DNA of 64,000 nucleotides, from the IMG/VR virus record IMGVR_UViG_3300025168_015970, positions 11,056-75,055 of that record. The stretch is one strand, 5' to 3'. Numbering within the stretch: position 1 is the stretch's first letter; the number at the start of each line of letters is the position of its first letter. This DNA comes from a virus. The position numbers and the translations under genes were made by a program. Positions 28,506-39,911 of the stretch are shown piece by piece. The notes beneath the pieces are model-generated. The model had not been told where the DNA came from, did no database searches, and saw nothing but the letters and a program-made list of their open reading frames with translations.

Positions 28506-31109
28506 ATGAGTAGACGAACAATTCAATCACCAGGAGTAGAAATTAGGGAAATTGACTTATCCCAGCGTCCCGCAGCCGCACTAGGGACGAGCGTATTCAT
28601 TGCAGGATTCTCAAACCAAGGGCCTACAGATGAAATTTTCAACGTTGGTACCTTTGCAGAATTCGAAGAAATTTATGGAAGCCCTACAACCGCAGCTGAG
28701 AGATATTTTTATCACTCCGCTAAGCAAGTTTTCGAGAGTGATGCAAATGTTTATGCTTCTCGGTTACCGTATGGTTCAACAGCAGGTGATTACACTTATT
28801 CTGCTCTAACTTATCCAGTTGTCGGAGCAAAAACCTCAACTGTTTCTGCCTTATCAACAAACGTGGACGCTGGTGGTCTTGTCCTAAAAACTAACAGAAC
28901 TGAAACAGCTGTAGTTACATCAACTAATGTCGGTATTGAGATAATTTTAAAAGACAGTAATGATGAGTTTATTTATATTAACTACAGTGGTGGTAGTTTC
29001 ACTCCGACCATTGGCTTTCAAGGAGTTAGTGCAACGGCAGCTGTCCTAGCAGCAAACACAGAATTATGGCCATTAACTGCAACAGGTAATACATTAGTGT
29101 CTGGTCAATTTTATGCCTCTCTCACCGGTTTGAGCGGTCTTAATACCGGTACTACTGATTTAAGTTCTAGTAATTATTATGTTATTGGTCAGCCTACTTT
29201 AGTAGATTTAAATAAGGATGAATATAATGCTATTAACGAAGGTCAAATTACATGGAATAAATCCGGGAATGGTGGTGCTGATGCAGGATTTACAGGTGGT
29301 TCCACAGATCTAGCGAAAGCTGGTATAGTTATTTTAAATAAATCAAGTGTAACAACTAACGAAGGGTTTGAAGGGTATTATGTCGGTATTTCTGATAACT
29401 CTCATAGTAATCCTGCGACACCATTTGACGCCGTTAAACATGTCTATACTACAACATCAGCTGACGACAAACAGCCCGCTGATTTTACAACAATTCCAAA
29501 TTCGAGATTAGAATTTACCCTATCAGCCGCGGCTACACAAGATATAGATAGTACTAGTAGATCTCTTGAAGATTTATCATCATTTGAACTCGGTCCAGAA
29601 TTTATTGATTCTATTAACTTAGGGATATTTAAAGTACGAAACACTCCGTTTAATAAATCATCCGTTGAGCTAACTACTTTCTTAGCAGAAAAACATACAG
29701 GATCTTTAAACTCGGCCCGGAAGATACAAAATCAAAACGGTGGTTCAAAGTTACCATTTTTCATAGGTAGTGTTGAAGATAATTCTGCTAATATTAAAAT
29801 TCTAGTCAATGAGCATATTAGTGTTAGCAATACCGATACAGAGTGGACTGCTGCAGGAGGCGCTCCTAAAAAGTTTGTAAGAACGATTCACGATAATAAT
29901 ACTAATGCAGGTATTTTAAAGGCTCTTCGTACAGATATGACTGCTACTGGTCAAACAACTGCGCATAAAAATTATACTGGAACTCAAGGATTATTTCCAT
30001 TAGGTAATTATGGTACCTCTTTGAATACAACATCTAAGAATATTGGTCAAGTTGGTACAAAATTAGATAGAATATTTAATATAGCTTCAAATATTGATTT
30101 ATTTACAATTGACGTTACAGTAGAAGCTGGGTTAGGTACAATTCATGCTTTTGGTAAAGATAGTAATTATGATGATACCTCTTTCGTTAATATTGGTGAT
30201 AGTACCAATTCAACTGGTTTCTATACAACTGATGCTACTATGAAAGATCCCACTGGGGTATTCGCGGGGTACAGAGATGATTATAGAACTATTTTCAATG
30301 CATTTGAGACATTTGCACGTCAAACTAGAAAAGATCATATCTTTATCGCAGATGCTCTGAGACCATTAGTTGTTCAAGGAGCTAATCAGAAGGTACTTGA
30401 TGATAAAGCTAAAACATTTAGCCAACACGTCTATTGGCCGTTAAGGCATCAGTTCGGTACTGCTAATAGTAATTATGCTGCAACGTATGGTAACTGGGCA
30501 AAAGTCAATGATGGAGCTAGCGGTAAGCAAGTATGGATTCCGTTCTCTGGTGTCGTGGCTAAGATATATGCTAACAATGACGCAAACTTTGCTCCTTGGT
30601 TCGCTCCTGCTGGTTTTAATCGTGGGATTGTATCAGGAGTAAATGATATCGCAATAAGTCCAACTCAACGTCAAAGGGATCAATTATACAGGATCGCAAT
30701 TAACCCTGTTACACAATTCCCTGCAGAAGGTATTGTTGTATTTGGTCAGAAGACCTTACAAAGAAAACCAACGGCATTTGATCGAGTTAATGTTCGTCGA
30801 TTGTTCCTCGATTTAGAAAAAAGAACGCGGCAGACATTGAAATTCTTTGTCTTTGAACCTAATACGTTCTTAACAAGAAATAAGGTTGTTAATACATTAA
30901 CACCTATATTTGAAAACTGTAAGCAAACAGAAGGTGTTTATGATTACCTTATTGTTTGTGATGACAGGAATAATCCTGCTAGTGTTATTGACCAGAACGA
31001 GTTAAGAGTAGACATCTACTTAAAACCAGTTCGCGCTGCAGAGTTTATCTTAGTTAACTTCTACGCTGTTAACACAGATGTTAATTTCGAGGAGATAGTA
31101 GGTCAATAA
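28506..31109 (+). CDS. gp18: Contractile tail sheath protein (gp18)
   Basis: SPGVEIREIDLS, PWFAPAGFNRG, GQKTL, DRVNVRRLF, KPVRAAEFI. Confidence 0.96.
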   Translation: MSRRTIQSPGVEIREIDLSQRPAAALGTSVFIAGFSNQGPTDEIFNVGTFAEFEEIYGSPTTAAERYFYHSAKQVFESDANVYASRLPYGSTAGDYTYSALTYPVVGAKTSTVSALSTNVDAGGLVLKTNRTETAVVTSTNVGIEIILKDSNDEFIYINYSGGSFTPTIGFQGVSATAAVLAANTELWPLTATGNTLVSGQFYASLTGLSGLNTGTTDLSSSNYYVIGQPTLVDLNKDEYNAINEGQITWNKSGNGGADAGFTGGSTDLAKAGIVILNKSSVTTNEGFEGYYVGISDNSHSNPATPFDAVKHVYTTTSADDKQPADFTTIPNSRLEFTLSAAATQDIDSTSRSLEDLSSFELGPEFIDSINLGIFKVRNTPFNKSSVELTTFLAEKHTGSLNSARKIQNQNGGSKLPFFIGSVEDNSANIKILVNEHISVSNTDTEWTAAGGAPKKFVRTIHDNNTNAGILKALRTDMTATGQTTAHKNYTGTQGLFPLGNYGTSLNTTSKNIGQVGTKLDRIFNIASNIDLFTIDVTVEAGLGTIHAFGKDSNYDDTSFVNIGDSTNSTGFYTTDATMKDPTGVFAGYRDDYRTIFNAFETFARQTRKDHIFIADALRPLVVQGANQKVLDDKAKTFSQHVYWPLRHQFGTANSNYAATYGNWAKVNDGASGKQVWIPFSGVVAKIYANNDANFAPWFAPAGFNRGIVSGVNDIAISPTQRQRDQLYRIAINPVTQFPAEGIVVFGQKTLQRKPTAFDRVNVRRLFLDLEKRTRQTLKFFVFEPNTFLTRNKVVNTLTPIFENCKQTEGVYDYLIVCDDRNNPASVIDQNELRVDIYLKPVRAAEFILVNFYAVNTDVNFEEIVGQ

Positions 31110-31140
31110 TAATAAGTAAACACTAAATAATTATAACATC

Positions 31141-31731
31141 ATGGCTGATATTAAACAAACAATTCAAGACTTTTATAAGGTAGCTCAAACGAGAGACTTT
31201 GCACGTGACTTTCAGTTTCGTGTATTAGACGTCTCTAACAAAGGTGTACCTGTTTTTACGGAAGACGACCTAGTGTACGCAACAACAGCAACACTTCCTG
31301 GAAAGCAAATCTCACCTAAAGAGGTTCCATATAACGGTTTTACCTTCCGTATCCCTGGTACGGTATCTTATAATAACAGTGCTGGGTTTACTATTGACTT
31401 CTATTGCGACGCTACAACTAATACTAGAGTTGCCATGGAGAACTGGATCACAGAAACATTTAATGATGAAACAACTACTGGTGATGGTGTTATTCACAAC
31501 AATAGCACCATTACTTTAGTACAACTTGATACTAAGTTTGAGCCATTACGTACATATAAATTGTTTGGTGTATTTCCAGTTAACAGCGGTGATATTAGTT
31601 ATTCTATGTCAGGTAGTGGAGAAGTTGCAACAACAACCATTACTATGGCTTATCAGTTCTTTAGAAGAGATAACGAATTAAACACAGCAGTCAATGCAAT
31701 TGGTAAATTAGCTGGTGCAGTATTAGGTTAA
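31141..31731 (+). CDS. gp19: Tail tube protein (gp19)
   Basis: Follows sheath; ATLPG, VPY.G, YKLFGVFP motifs. Confidence 0.85.
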   Translation: MADIKQTIQDFYKVAQTRDFARDFQFRVLDVSNKGVPVFTEDDLVYATTATLPGKQISPKEVPYNGFTFRIPGTVSYNNSAGFTIDFYCDATTNTRVAMENWITETFNDETTTGDGVIHNNSTITLVQLDTKFEPLRTYKLFGVFPVNSGDISYSMSGSGEVATTTITMAYQFFRRDNELNTAVNAIGKLAGAVLG

Positions 31732-31749
31732 TTACCCTAAATACTTTAA

Positions 31750-32514
31750 ATGAGTTTATTTGATCTATTTTTAGGCTCCTCCGGGCGCCCAAATGTTACT
31801 CTTCCTTCTCTTGAAAAAAGGAATTTAAGAGAATCTTTCTTCGAACTATTACAAGAATTCTCTACCTTTCCTGCTTCCCAAAATTTATTCTTAGTAAAGA
31901 TAGATAATCTACCGCCTGCTCTTACTGATCAGAACCAAAGAGATTTAGGTATAACTCAAGGTAGTAAGCCTTTAGGTATTGATAAGTCTAAATCAGTATA
32001 TGAAAGATATATATCAGGTAGGGAGTTTATGTATCTGGCAACCGAGGTTGTGTTAACTACAGAGCAATTAGCTGTAACTAATAAAGGAAAATTAATTAAC
32101 GGTTTATTACCTGTAGGTCCTTTTGTTGATAATAGAGATTACCCTGACACAGGTTTAAATATTGCATTTTCTGAAACTAACGTTAGTTTTGTAGATACAA
32201 TAATAAGACCATGGATTCAATTATATAGCGTACATGGTAACTTTGATGATATTGATTTGACTACAACTGTAACAATATATTTTATAGCTAAAGAAGAATT
32301 AACTAATCGAGCTACTTTTAAGTCAATATTATTTGGTTCCTCTGGTGGCTCTCCTGTTGTTCGTAAAATATATCAATACAAAGACTGTATACCATATAAT
32401 ATTGTTAGTGCAGATTCTGCGCAATATGCTTCTGATACTAAAATTGGTTCTATAGGTACACGATGGAGATTTTCTACGTATGACGTAATTACTCCTATAA
32501 ATGGTAAGCTATAA
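31750..32514 (+). CDS. Tube-family baseplate protein (gp54-like)
   Basis: F.ET...RPW and Y.YKDCIP tube-fold pattern; position. Confidence 0.55.
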   Translation: MSLFDLFLGSSGRPNVTLPSLEKRNLRESFFELLQEFSTFPASQNLFLVKIDNLPPALTDQNQRDLGITQGSKPLGIDKSKSVYERYISGREFMYLATEVVLTTEQLAVTNKGKLINGLLPVGPFVDNRDYPDTGLNIAFSETNVSFVDTIIRPWIQLYSVHGNFDDIDLTTTVTIYFIAKEELTNRATFKSILFGSSGGSPVVRKIYQYKDCIPYNIVSADSAQYASDTKIGSIGTRWRFSTYDVITPINGKL

Positions 32515-33193
32515 TCATGTTGCAGATCTAACTTATTTATCTGAAAATAACAGAAATAAGGAATTCCTAGATCTATTTATATCTATATGCAAATCTAATA
32601 ACATATTAGATATATTAGCTTTTATTAAGGAAGAACGGTTTGTAGAAGAAAATAGTAATATAAAAATATTATATGACAACAAAGAGCTACTCATCTTCAA
32701 AGAAAATTTTATTTTAAACCTACCAGAACCAAACCCTACAACATGTACAGTAGGGGATTTTGAATTTGCATTAGATTATCCAAATATAATAGATTATACA
32801 TGTAAACCAATGCATTGTATTAAGAGTATACAATATCAAAATGACATTCATTATATAAAAACTAATGATGATTTTAATTTAATACCTAAAACTTTATATG
32901 ATCAATTACAACCTTATATAAATCCATATATACAAGAGTTAAATAAAACTTTAATATATGAAGTAGGCCCTGTGACTAGTGGATTTATACTAGATATTGA
33001 GTTAATAATTAAAATAATATATTTAGCTTTTGTTACTTCGTTCAAAAATATAATTGATGAGCGGTTGTTTTTAATGAAAGAATATAATTTTACGTATGAA
33101 GCTTTTGATAAAATTTCTTTCCTACAAGCTAAACAATATTTAACAAAAGGTATTAAACTAATTAATGAACGCAATAATCCAGAAACTCAGTGA
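32501..33193 (+). CDS. Hypothetical baseplate hub assembly protein (gp26/gp51-like)
   Basis: C-terminal LMKEYNFTYE...ISF resembles gp51; position. Confidence 0.4.
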   Translation: MVSYNHVADLTYLSENNRNKEFLDLFISICKSNNILDILAFIKEERFVEENSNIKILYDNKELLIFKENFILNLPEPNPTTCTVGDFEFALDYPNIIDYTCKPMHCIKSIQYQNDIHYIKTNDDFNLIPKTLYDQLQPYINPYIQELNKTLIYEVGPVTSGFILDIELIIKIIYLAFVTSFKNIIDERLFLMKEYNFTYEAFDKISFLQAKQYLTKGIKLINERNNPETQ

Positions 33194-33809
33194 GTTAAGT
33201 AAATTAAATTTTACTTTACCTATTAGTAATCAGTCTGTTGAAATCAGTAAGATTAACTTAGAACTACAATCTAAGTTTGAAGATTTTGCGAGGAGCGTAG
33301 ATAATCAACTAACAGCTAGTACGAAATATCTACAGTTTATTAATAACCATATACGGAGAGAAGCAAAAGGAAATATCGGGTATTTAGATAAACTATATAT
33401 ATTACAACAATGGTTTAATGACGTAAAGCCTGATGAACAAGTAGAGTGCGAAATTACTGACATTCAAATACCAGATTACACTCTTACTATAGAAGGAGCT
33501 GACTTTATATTTAAATTTGAACTACCAGAGATAGCGAAAGAATTAGCATATTTAAAATATATTATTGAAACAAAAAAAGACGAAATGAAGTCTGTTGATG
33601 CCTTATTTTATTTTATTTTTAGATTTGTACATACAATTGAAGTAGATACCGATGAGTTGAAAGCAGAAGATATTGAAACTGCTGAGACTTTATACAGGTA
33701 TTTGAGTATGAATAAGATAACATCTATCACTAATCACATAGATAAAGCTCTAGAACCAATACAACCTGTAAGAAACTTCGAAGTAGATCCACGTGTATTC
33801 TTTGCCTAA
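33165..33809 (+). CDS. Baseplate hub assembly protein (gp26-like)
   Basis: N-terminal FTLPIS and C-terminal FF reminiscent of gp26; position. Confidence 0.45.
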   Translation: MNAIIQKLSELSKLNFTLPISNQSVEISKINLELQSKFEDFARSVDNQLTASTKYLQFINNHIRREAKGNIGYLDKLYILQQWFNDVKPDEQVECEITDIQIPDYTLTIEGADFIFKFELPEIAKELAYLKYIIETKKDEMKSVDALFYFIFRFVHTIEVDTDELKAEDIETAETLYRYLSMNKITSITNHIDKALEPIQPVRNFEVDPRVFFA

Positions 33810-33824
33810 TAATTAAATAATTAT

Positions 33825-35396
33825 ATGGCAGAGTTAACTGCAGAACAACTCAAGGCTTTAATGGGTAACCAAGCGAGCCTTGAGGCTAATAGATCTCAGA
33901 TGGAAGAATTCCGTCAACAAGATATACCCGCGATTATTCACAGGTTAGGGGATATCAGCACGAATATTCGGGAGCTTCTAAAAACAAATCTGTCCATCGC
34001 GGTAATCGGGTCAAAAGAAAAAGGAAAAACAACTGATGGTACAGCGCAAGCCCAAATTGGTGAGAACCCATTAGACAGTATATCATCTCATTTAAAAGAT
34101 ATAAAAGATTTCCTTGTGGAAACGTTTAAGAAGGGCCCTGAGAGTAATTTTAAAGATAAAATATCAACACCTCCAGGTACAAAGGATTCAGTAACAGAAA
34201 AGCTAGGAGAATCAATGGACTCTGGTTCAAAAACAGCGATGGGTTGGTTAGGTGGATTGTTTGCAGTAGGTGCTCTTGGTGAGCTTAGTAAAGTATTAGG
34301 TATAGGAGCCGCTGGTGGTACTGCTGGTTTACTAGCTAAAGTTGCCGGTAAGATATTTAAGTTTACTGGCCCAGTACTGAGGAGGATACCAATTCTTGGT
34401 TCTCTATTTTCATTTTACGAAGCATACAAAAAGATTAAGGCTGGTGGTATTGATAATACTATATTTGGTTTGATGGATTTAGCTGCTGGTTTTGCTTATG
34501 CGGTACCTGGTCTTGGAACTGGTATTGGTATTGGTATAGACGTATTACAATACTTCCTCAAAAACAAAGCTGATGAATTTAAAAAAGAAAGTGGAGATAC
34601 AAGTTTCTTTGGAAGTATGTATGAGAAATTGATCGATTATTTATCTGAAACTCCTATGATTAAATGGATGGCAGAGCTAGGAACTAAATTCTCTGCTATT
34701 TGGGATAACCCAAGTTTGGAAACACTTGGAGCTTTTGCAGGTCACTTAGCATATGGACCTCTTATGCCGCTTATAACTGCATTGTCTATGCTGAACGATG
34801 CAAGTTCAGTTTTAGGTCTTACAGATAAAAGTGGTAACCCTCAAAAACTTTTTGGATGGTTATATAATAAAGTAGAGGATTATATAATTACCCCTGTTAA
34901 AGATATGTTTACTTCAGTATTTGATTTTATAAAAAATACAATTAACACTGTACAAGATAACATAGCAGATATGATATTATCAATAGTAGACAATTTACCA
35001 GAAACTTTTGGTATAAGGGAAAAGATAAAATCCTCTCTTGGGTTAACAACTGATCCAGACCCTGGTGGAGAAAAGAATAAATTAAGAAACGATATTAAAA
35101 AGAAATTATCAGATGTCTATAAGGGAGATAGAGAAGCAATGCTAAGAGCAGAGCAAAAAGCTGACACGGGTGATTTACCTGCATTAAAACAGCAGCTTAA
35201 AGAAATGGACAATCAGTTATTAAAAGATGCTACTCCTATAAATCAGCCAGAAAAATTACCAACGTTAGAACAGATAGATAAAGAAATAATAAACAAGGCA
35301 TTTGGTCTCGCACCAAATCAAAGCACTGTAAACCAAACTCAAGTAAATACATACGTTGCACCATCCGCACCTTCTCGTAGATACAGGAGACGTTAA
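33825..35396 (+). CDS. Tape-measure/baseplate hub protein (gp29-like)
   Basis: Helical, with Gly/Ala hydrophobic stretches RRIPILG and VPGLGTGIGIGID. Confidence 0.6.
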   Translation: MAELTAEQLKALMGNQASLEANRSQMEEFRQQDIPAIIHRLGDISTNIRELLKTNLSIAVIGSKEKGKTTDGTAQAQIGENPLDSISSHLKDIKDFLVETFKKGPESNFKDKISTPPGTKDSVTEKLGESMDSGSKTAMGWLGGLFAVGALGELSKVLGIGAAGGTAGLLAKVAGKIFKFTGPVLRRIPILGSLFSFYEAYKKIKAGGIDNTIFGLMDLAAGFAYAVPGLGTGIGIGIDVLQYFLKNKADEFKKESGDTSFFGSMYEKLIDYLSETPMIKWMAELGTKFSAIWDNPSLETLGAFAGHLAYGPLMPLITALSMLNDASSVLGLTDKSGNPQKLFGWLYNKVEDYIITPVKDMFTSVFDFIKNTINTVQDNIADMILSIVDNLPETFGIREKIKSSLGLTTDPDPGGEKNKLRNDIKKKLSDVYKGDREAMLRAEQKADTGDLPALKQQLKEMDNQLLKDATPINQPEKLPTLEQIDKEIINKAFGLAPNQSTVNQTQVNTYVAPSAPSRRYRRR

Positions 35397-35413
35397 CATT
35401 AAGATATTAATAA

Positions 35414-36523
35414 ATGAATAAATTATTTAAATTTGTAAGAGATGAACAATCTCAAATAGGGATAGGAGGAGACGATGTTGACCGAACATTCGGAGTTGCA
35501 GCAGCCGCAGCGTCAGCAACTGTTGAGGGTAAAAGTGATCGACTAGTACCAGATGGTGGTAAAGTAATAGATGTAGTAAAGAATTTTAAGTGGACAAAAA
35601 CTAAAAGAAATAGTGTTGGTAGAGAAAATACCCCTACTTTAGAATTACAAGAGTTTCAAGTTGCTCTACCAGCTTTTTATAGTAATTTAAATGTAGCAAA
35701 ACAAATAGCTGATTCTGCAGGTAAAGGAATAGGTGGATTGTTAGATCAAATAACTAAAATAGCAGGTGAAGGAGAGAGTGTAACAACTGTAGTTAAAGAT
35801 GCAGGGAGTAAGGTTAGTTCTACAGCTCAAGGTACCATAGATAAGGCTCGAGCACAATTTGGTGTTGAAACGATGAAAATGCCACAGTATCTTAAATCTT
35901 ATGAAGAACTATACGGTGTAAAAAGAACTAATTTTATTTACAAATTACCATATTTAGAAGACAAATATAAAAGTATATCAAACAACTGGCAAATGGGTGG
36001 TGGTACTCTTTCTACAGCAATAACAGATGGTGTTTCTTCATTAACAAATTTACTTGGTAGTTTAGCAGCTCCTGGAGTAGGTATTGATTTTTCTAAATCG
36101 TTTAATTACGATAATTCTGGACCTGAGCATACCATGTCATTTTTTCTAGATAATACAAGAGACTCTGAATATGGTAATAATATGTACGAGATGAACTATC
36201 GTTTAATTTTCTTATTGTTATATCAAAATATGCCTAATAAATTAAATCGAGTTGCTTTAACTCCACCTGTAATTTATAGAGCTAAATTACCAGGGGTGTT
36301 TAGTTATAGATATAGTTTTTTGAGTAGTTTAGCAGTAAACATGATAGGTACTCGTAAAAATAAAACAATCTCCGGTTTTATTAATACAGAGAACAATAAG
36401 AGTGTTCAAGCAGTTATACCCGAAGGTTATGAAGTAACCCTTACTTTAAAGAGCTTAGTACCAGAAACCCAAAACTTATATTTTGATGCAGTAAATAACC
36501 CTGTATTTTCAACCCAAGTATAA
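35414..36523 (+). CDS. Baseplate tail-tube cap (gp48-like)
   Basis: Position before gp53; PP.iY...PG motif and C-terminal beta strand. Confidence 0.5.
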   Translation: MNKLFKFVRDEQSQIGIGGDDVDRTFGVAAAAASATVEGKSDRLVPDGGKVIDVVKNFKWTKTKRNSVGRENTPTLELQEFQVALPAFYSNLNVAKQIADSAGKGIGGLLDQITKIAGEGESVTTVVKDAGSKVSSTAQGTIDKARAQFGVETMKMPQYLKSYEELYGVKRTNFIYKLPYLEDKYKSISNNWQMGGGTLSTAITDGVSSLTNLLGSLAAPGVGIDFSKSFNYDNSGPEHTMSFFLDNTRDSEYGNNMYEMNYRLIFLLLYQNMPNKLNRVALTPPVIYRAKLPGVFSYRYSFLSSLAVNMIGTRKNKTISGFINTENNKSVQAVIPEGYEVTLTLKSLVPETQNLYFDAVNNPVFSTQV

Positions 36524-36525
36524 TT

Positions 36526-36897
36526 ATGATTACAGACTTAGAACAATATCAAAATCAAATAAAAGATTTACCTAATTTAGAAGATGTAAGATATGAAAAT
36601 ATTTTTAAAGTTGCGAAGTCAGACAAATTCTTCTTCTATAATATTACAAAAAAGATATCTATACCAGATGATTTACAGTCAGATGTTTATTATGAATTAA
36701 GAATTAACAGCAAAAAACCATGGACAACTTTATCGAATGATGTATATGGTACTCAAGATTTATGGTGGTTGATTTGTTTAGTAAATAATGTCTTTAACCC
36801 TATAGGTAACCCTGAATTAGGAGCTGTATATAAAATAATAAGACCCGATTTTGTTAACCCTATTTTAGCAGAAATAAAAAGACTTACTAATGGCTAA
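36526..36897 (+). CDS. gp53: Baseplate wedge LysM-like protein (gp53)
   Basis: LS..VYG..DLWWLI...N...NP. Confidence 0.85.
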   Translation: MITDLEQYQNQIKDLPNLEDVRYENIFKVAKSDKFFFYNITKKISIPDDLQSDVYYELRINSKKPWTTLSNDVYGTQDLWWLICLVNNVFNPIGNPELGAVYKIIRPDFVNPILAEIKRLTNG

Positions 36898-38326
36898 TAT
36901 ACCTCAAGCAAAAATGAAAGCAGCAACTGACTTTCCTTTTGTATCTATTAATGCAAATGGTACAGAATATGAAGTTACAGTTTTTCTGTTTAATAGTAGA
37001 GGAGAAGCTAGGTATATAGACTCTACTTCTTTATTTCAAATAGTACTAGAAACAAACCACGATACTCCTTTCCTATTAGGGAGCGTGTCAATAAACGATG
37101 AGCAAAATTCAACCACTATTAACAAAGTAGATTTTGGCCCTAACGCCGCAGCTTTGTCTGAGATAAACAGCTACGGAGATGGAGAAGAATTTATAAAAAT
37201 ATTAATTAAATCTAATAATCAAAAAATATTAGAAAAAATATTTATTATAACTAACAGTGAAAAAACAGTACAAGATAATAATAAACTTACTGTGTATTTT
37301 TTTATAGATGTAGTTTATTCTCATTTTGCCAATAAGAGAAAAATATGGACTACAGATTTATTAAATGAAAAATTACAACAAAAAGTTATAATTAATACAG
37401 GGCGAGATAAAGTAAACTCTGGTAGAGCTCTTAAAGATGTTCTTACATACTTTTCTGATGACCCTAATATTATAGATGAGAAAAATTGGGATGATGGTAT
37501 AGGTACTGTTTATTATTCTTTACCAGCTGGTGAACCAGCTCTTACTGCTATAGAAGAAATAATGAAAACATATGTTTCATCAGACGAAAGCGGAGGAGTA
37601 CTTACATATTATAACGGACAATTTCAACTACAATCTATAAGAAGTAAAACAAATAAAATTTTTAAAAGTACTAATAAACATCCAGGTATACCTCAAACAA
37701 TACTAGGTGATAACTTTGCAGGAGGTTTTAAGGTGTCTTCAGGAGATAATAGAGTAAGTTATACAAATAAAGAAGCAAGCTCTATATTAGGTAATTATTA
37801 CTCTTATATACCTATAGATATTAATGAGATACTATTTACAGATGTTAACTTCAACGCTACATTAGAAGAGCTAGACAAAAAAGAAATAATACAATTTGAC
37901 GCTGAAGCAAAACAAATTACAATTCATAGCGACCAAGGCACAATACCTGCTGTACAAGCCAGAAGTGGTGTTGAGTCTTTACCAGATGGAGAAAATATTC
38001 AATTAAATATTGATGAAAATAAAAAATTCAATAATACTAAAACTAAAATTTTCACAATGGCGGATGAAAGTACAACAAGGTATCATGGGACTATCCAATT
38101 ACAAAAACAATTACTAAATAGTTTAACTAAAGCTAATTTTAGTTGTTTTGGAGATATTAATATAGCGGCAAACAAGTTTATTTATATGACATTAGATTTA
38201 AATACTAGAAATAAATTTGCTAATAAAATACCAGGGTTTTGGTATGTAACTAAAAACCTTACAACTATAAGTGCAAGTCAATTTTCAAGTGCAATAGAAT
38301 GTGTGAAATTAGATAAACCGAAATGA
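36890..38326 (+). CDS. Baseplate hub protein (gp27-like)
   Basis: Follows gp53; C-terminal GD...G.WYVT pattern. Confidence 0.5.
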   Translation: MANIPQAKMKAATDFPFVSINANGTEYEVTVFLFNSRGEARYIDSTSLFQIVLETNHDTPFLLGSVSINDEQNSTTINKVDFGPNAAALSEINSYGDGEEFIKILIKSNNQKILEKIFIITNSEKTVQDNNKLTVYFFIDVVYSHFANKRKIWTTDLLNEKLQQKVIINTGRDKVNSGRALKDVLTYFSDDPNIIDEKNWDDGIGTVYYSLPAGEPALTAIEEIMKTYVSSDESGGVLTYYNGQFQLQSIRSKTNKIFKSTNKHPGIPQTILGDNFAGGFKVSSGDNRVSYTNKEASSILGNYYSYIPIDINEILFTDVNFNATLEELDKKEIIQFDAEAKQITIHSDQGTIPAVQARSGVESLPDGENIQLNIDENKKFNNTKTKIFTMADESTTRYHGTIQLQKQLLNSLTKANFSCFGDINIAANKFIYMTLDLNTRNKFANKIPGFWYVTKNLTTISASQFSSAIECVKLDKPK

Positions 38327-39399
38327 GCGCAATACCATCTAAAACAGGAGTACCAGATATTGTTAATAGTAAATTAACAAATACAGTAGATTTTCATATT
38401 GCCTCAACAAACTTTAACTCTATATTAAGATCATATATTAACTTTCTAGCTCTTAGTAAGTACTATGACAGTTTAAAATATGAAGCTGACCCGATTACAG
38501 CTGAAGCAACGTTCTGGGAACAATTAGCAAACTCTAATATAAATTTACAAACCTTCGCTAAGAACCCTAAAGCTACAAAATATCTATCTCGGCTACAGTT
38601 AGAATTAAACGATGGAGAGTTTTTAAAGTTAACTGAAAATGGTGACCCGTTAGTTTATATAAGTGCAGCTGGTAACTTAATAGCAGAAACAACTGAAGGT
38701 AGAGAGATACCTCTTACTAAAGATGATACTGATAAAGTAAATGAACAGTTATCTGAGATAAAGACTTCTTTTGATATCGCTAGCGAAGATCAAAATGGAG
38801 AATTTATAGCATGGTGGTTAGATAAGTATCGTAAGTCTCATAATAAAGTTAAAGAAGTATTACAAACAAAACTTAATATTGAAGATACAATTCTACAAGA
38901 AATATCTGAAAGCATAGGTTTTATCTCTTATCAATATCTCACCCCTCAAGGAAGATATATGCATTATGCAGATGAAGATTCAGACCCAACTCCTTACCCA
39001 TTTAATAGTATTATAGATGACAAATTGGAATTAGATACTCGAAAAAATATCTTAGGTTTAAGTCGGAGAACTGAATCAATTTTCAAAAGAAATATACAAC
39101 AAGTAATTAATACTACAGATCTTGGAGATTCGGCTCATAAAGAAAACTTAGTAACTGATCATTTTTACTACAAACGATTAAAAGAAAATCAGTCTGAAAT
39201 AAGCGAAGTTATAAGCGTTACGTTAGGCGGGGCATTTAACTTACTAGGTTGGCTAACTACAAATAAAGTAAGTAACAAACAAAAGACTGTACCTGGAGTA
39301 TTTGAGTTAGTTGTAGAAAATTCAAAAGAAGAAGTAGACTTACTTTTAAATAAGATTCAAACTCTTAAACGTCCGTTTAGTATGGATATACTTAGTTAA
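38323..39399 (+). CDS. Hypothetical protein in tail cluster
   Basis: Coupled ORF. Confidence 0.5.
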   Translation: MSAIPSKTGVPDIVNSKLTNTVDFHIASTNFNSILRSYINFLALSKYYDSLKYEADPITAEATFWEQLANSNINLQTFAKNPKATKYLSRLQLELNDGEFLKLTENGDPLVYISAAGNLIAETTEGREIPLTKDDTDKVNEQLSEIKTSFDIASEDQNGEFIAWWLDKYRKSHNKVKEVLQTKLNIEDTILQEISESIGFISYQYLTPQGRYMHYADEDSDPTPYPFNSIIDDKLELDTRKNILGLSRRTESIFKRNIQQVINTTDLGDSAHKENLVTDHFYYKRLKENQSEISEVISVTLGGAFNLLGWLTTNKVSNKQKTVPGVFELVVENSKEEVDLLLNKIQTLKRPFSMDILS

Positions 39400-39865
39400 G
39401 TTTTTCTGGATCATTAACTTCTGCATCAACATTTATAACAGATTTATCATTTATAAGTTTAGCCATAATTTCTTCCCTACTCATAGTTAACGCATGACTT
39501 TGATCTGCAGTTTGAAGTTCTCTCCTAGATTCAATATCCATTTTCTTTGATGCAATAGTAGTATTAGACTTTTTATCTTGTATAACAATTTTGTTTAATG
39601 TTTCTATAGCTCCAGAAGATGCTTTAATTAACTCCGCAAGGGATGATATATTTTCTGCTTCTGGCATATGATGAACCACTTCTTTCATATTGTCGATTAA
39701 CTCTAGACTATCTTGAATTAACTTCGAAGATTTTTTAATAACAAACTCCTCTACATCTTCTTTATTCAATTCTGGATGATCTTGAGCAGCTCGTTCTAAC
39801 ATTTTACTATCTGCAGGTATAGACTTAAGTTGCGAAATTAAATCATCCGGGTTAATATCATCCAT
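39392..39865 (-). CDS. gp16: Probable terminase small subunit (gp16-like)
   Basis: 157 aa; central helix pair (KLIQDSLELIDNMKEV...SLAELIKA...LNKI) and C-terminal SREEIMAKL parallel T4-type gp16. Confidence 0.6.
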   Translation of the reverse strand: MDDINPDDLISQLKSIPADSKMLERAAQDHPELNKEDVEEFVIKKSSKLIQDSLELIDNMKEVVHHMPEAENISSLAELIKASSGAIETLNKIVIQDKKSNTTIASKKMDIESRRELQTADQSHALTMSREEIMAKLINDKSVINVDAEVNDPEKLN

Positions 39866-39877
39866 AAAAATATTTAC

Positions 39878-39905
39878 TTGAAAAATCTCTATTATATACT
39901 ATATT
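39878..39905 (+). promoter_or_regulatory. Sigma70-type promoter for dut-gp44
   Basis: TTGAAA-16 nt-TATATT, 6 nt before ATG 39912. Confidence 0.5.
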
Positions 39906-39911
39906 TTATGT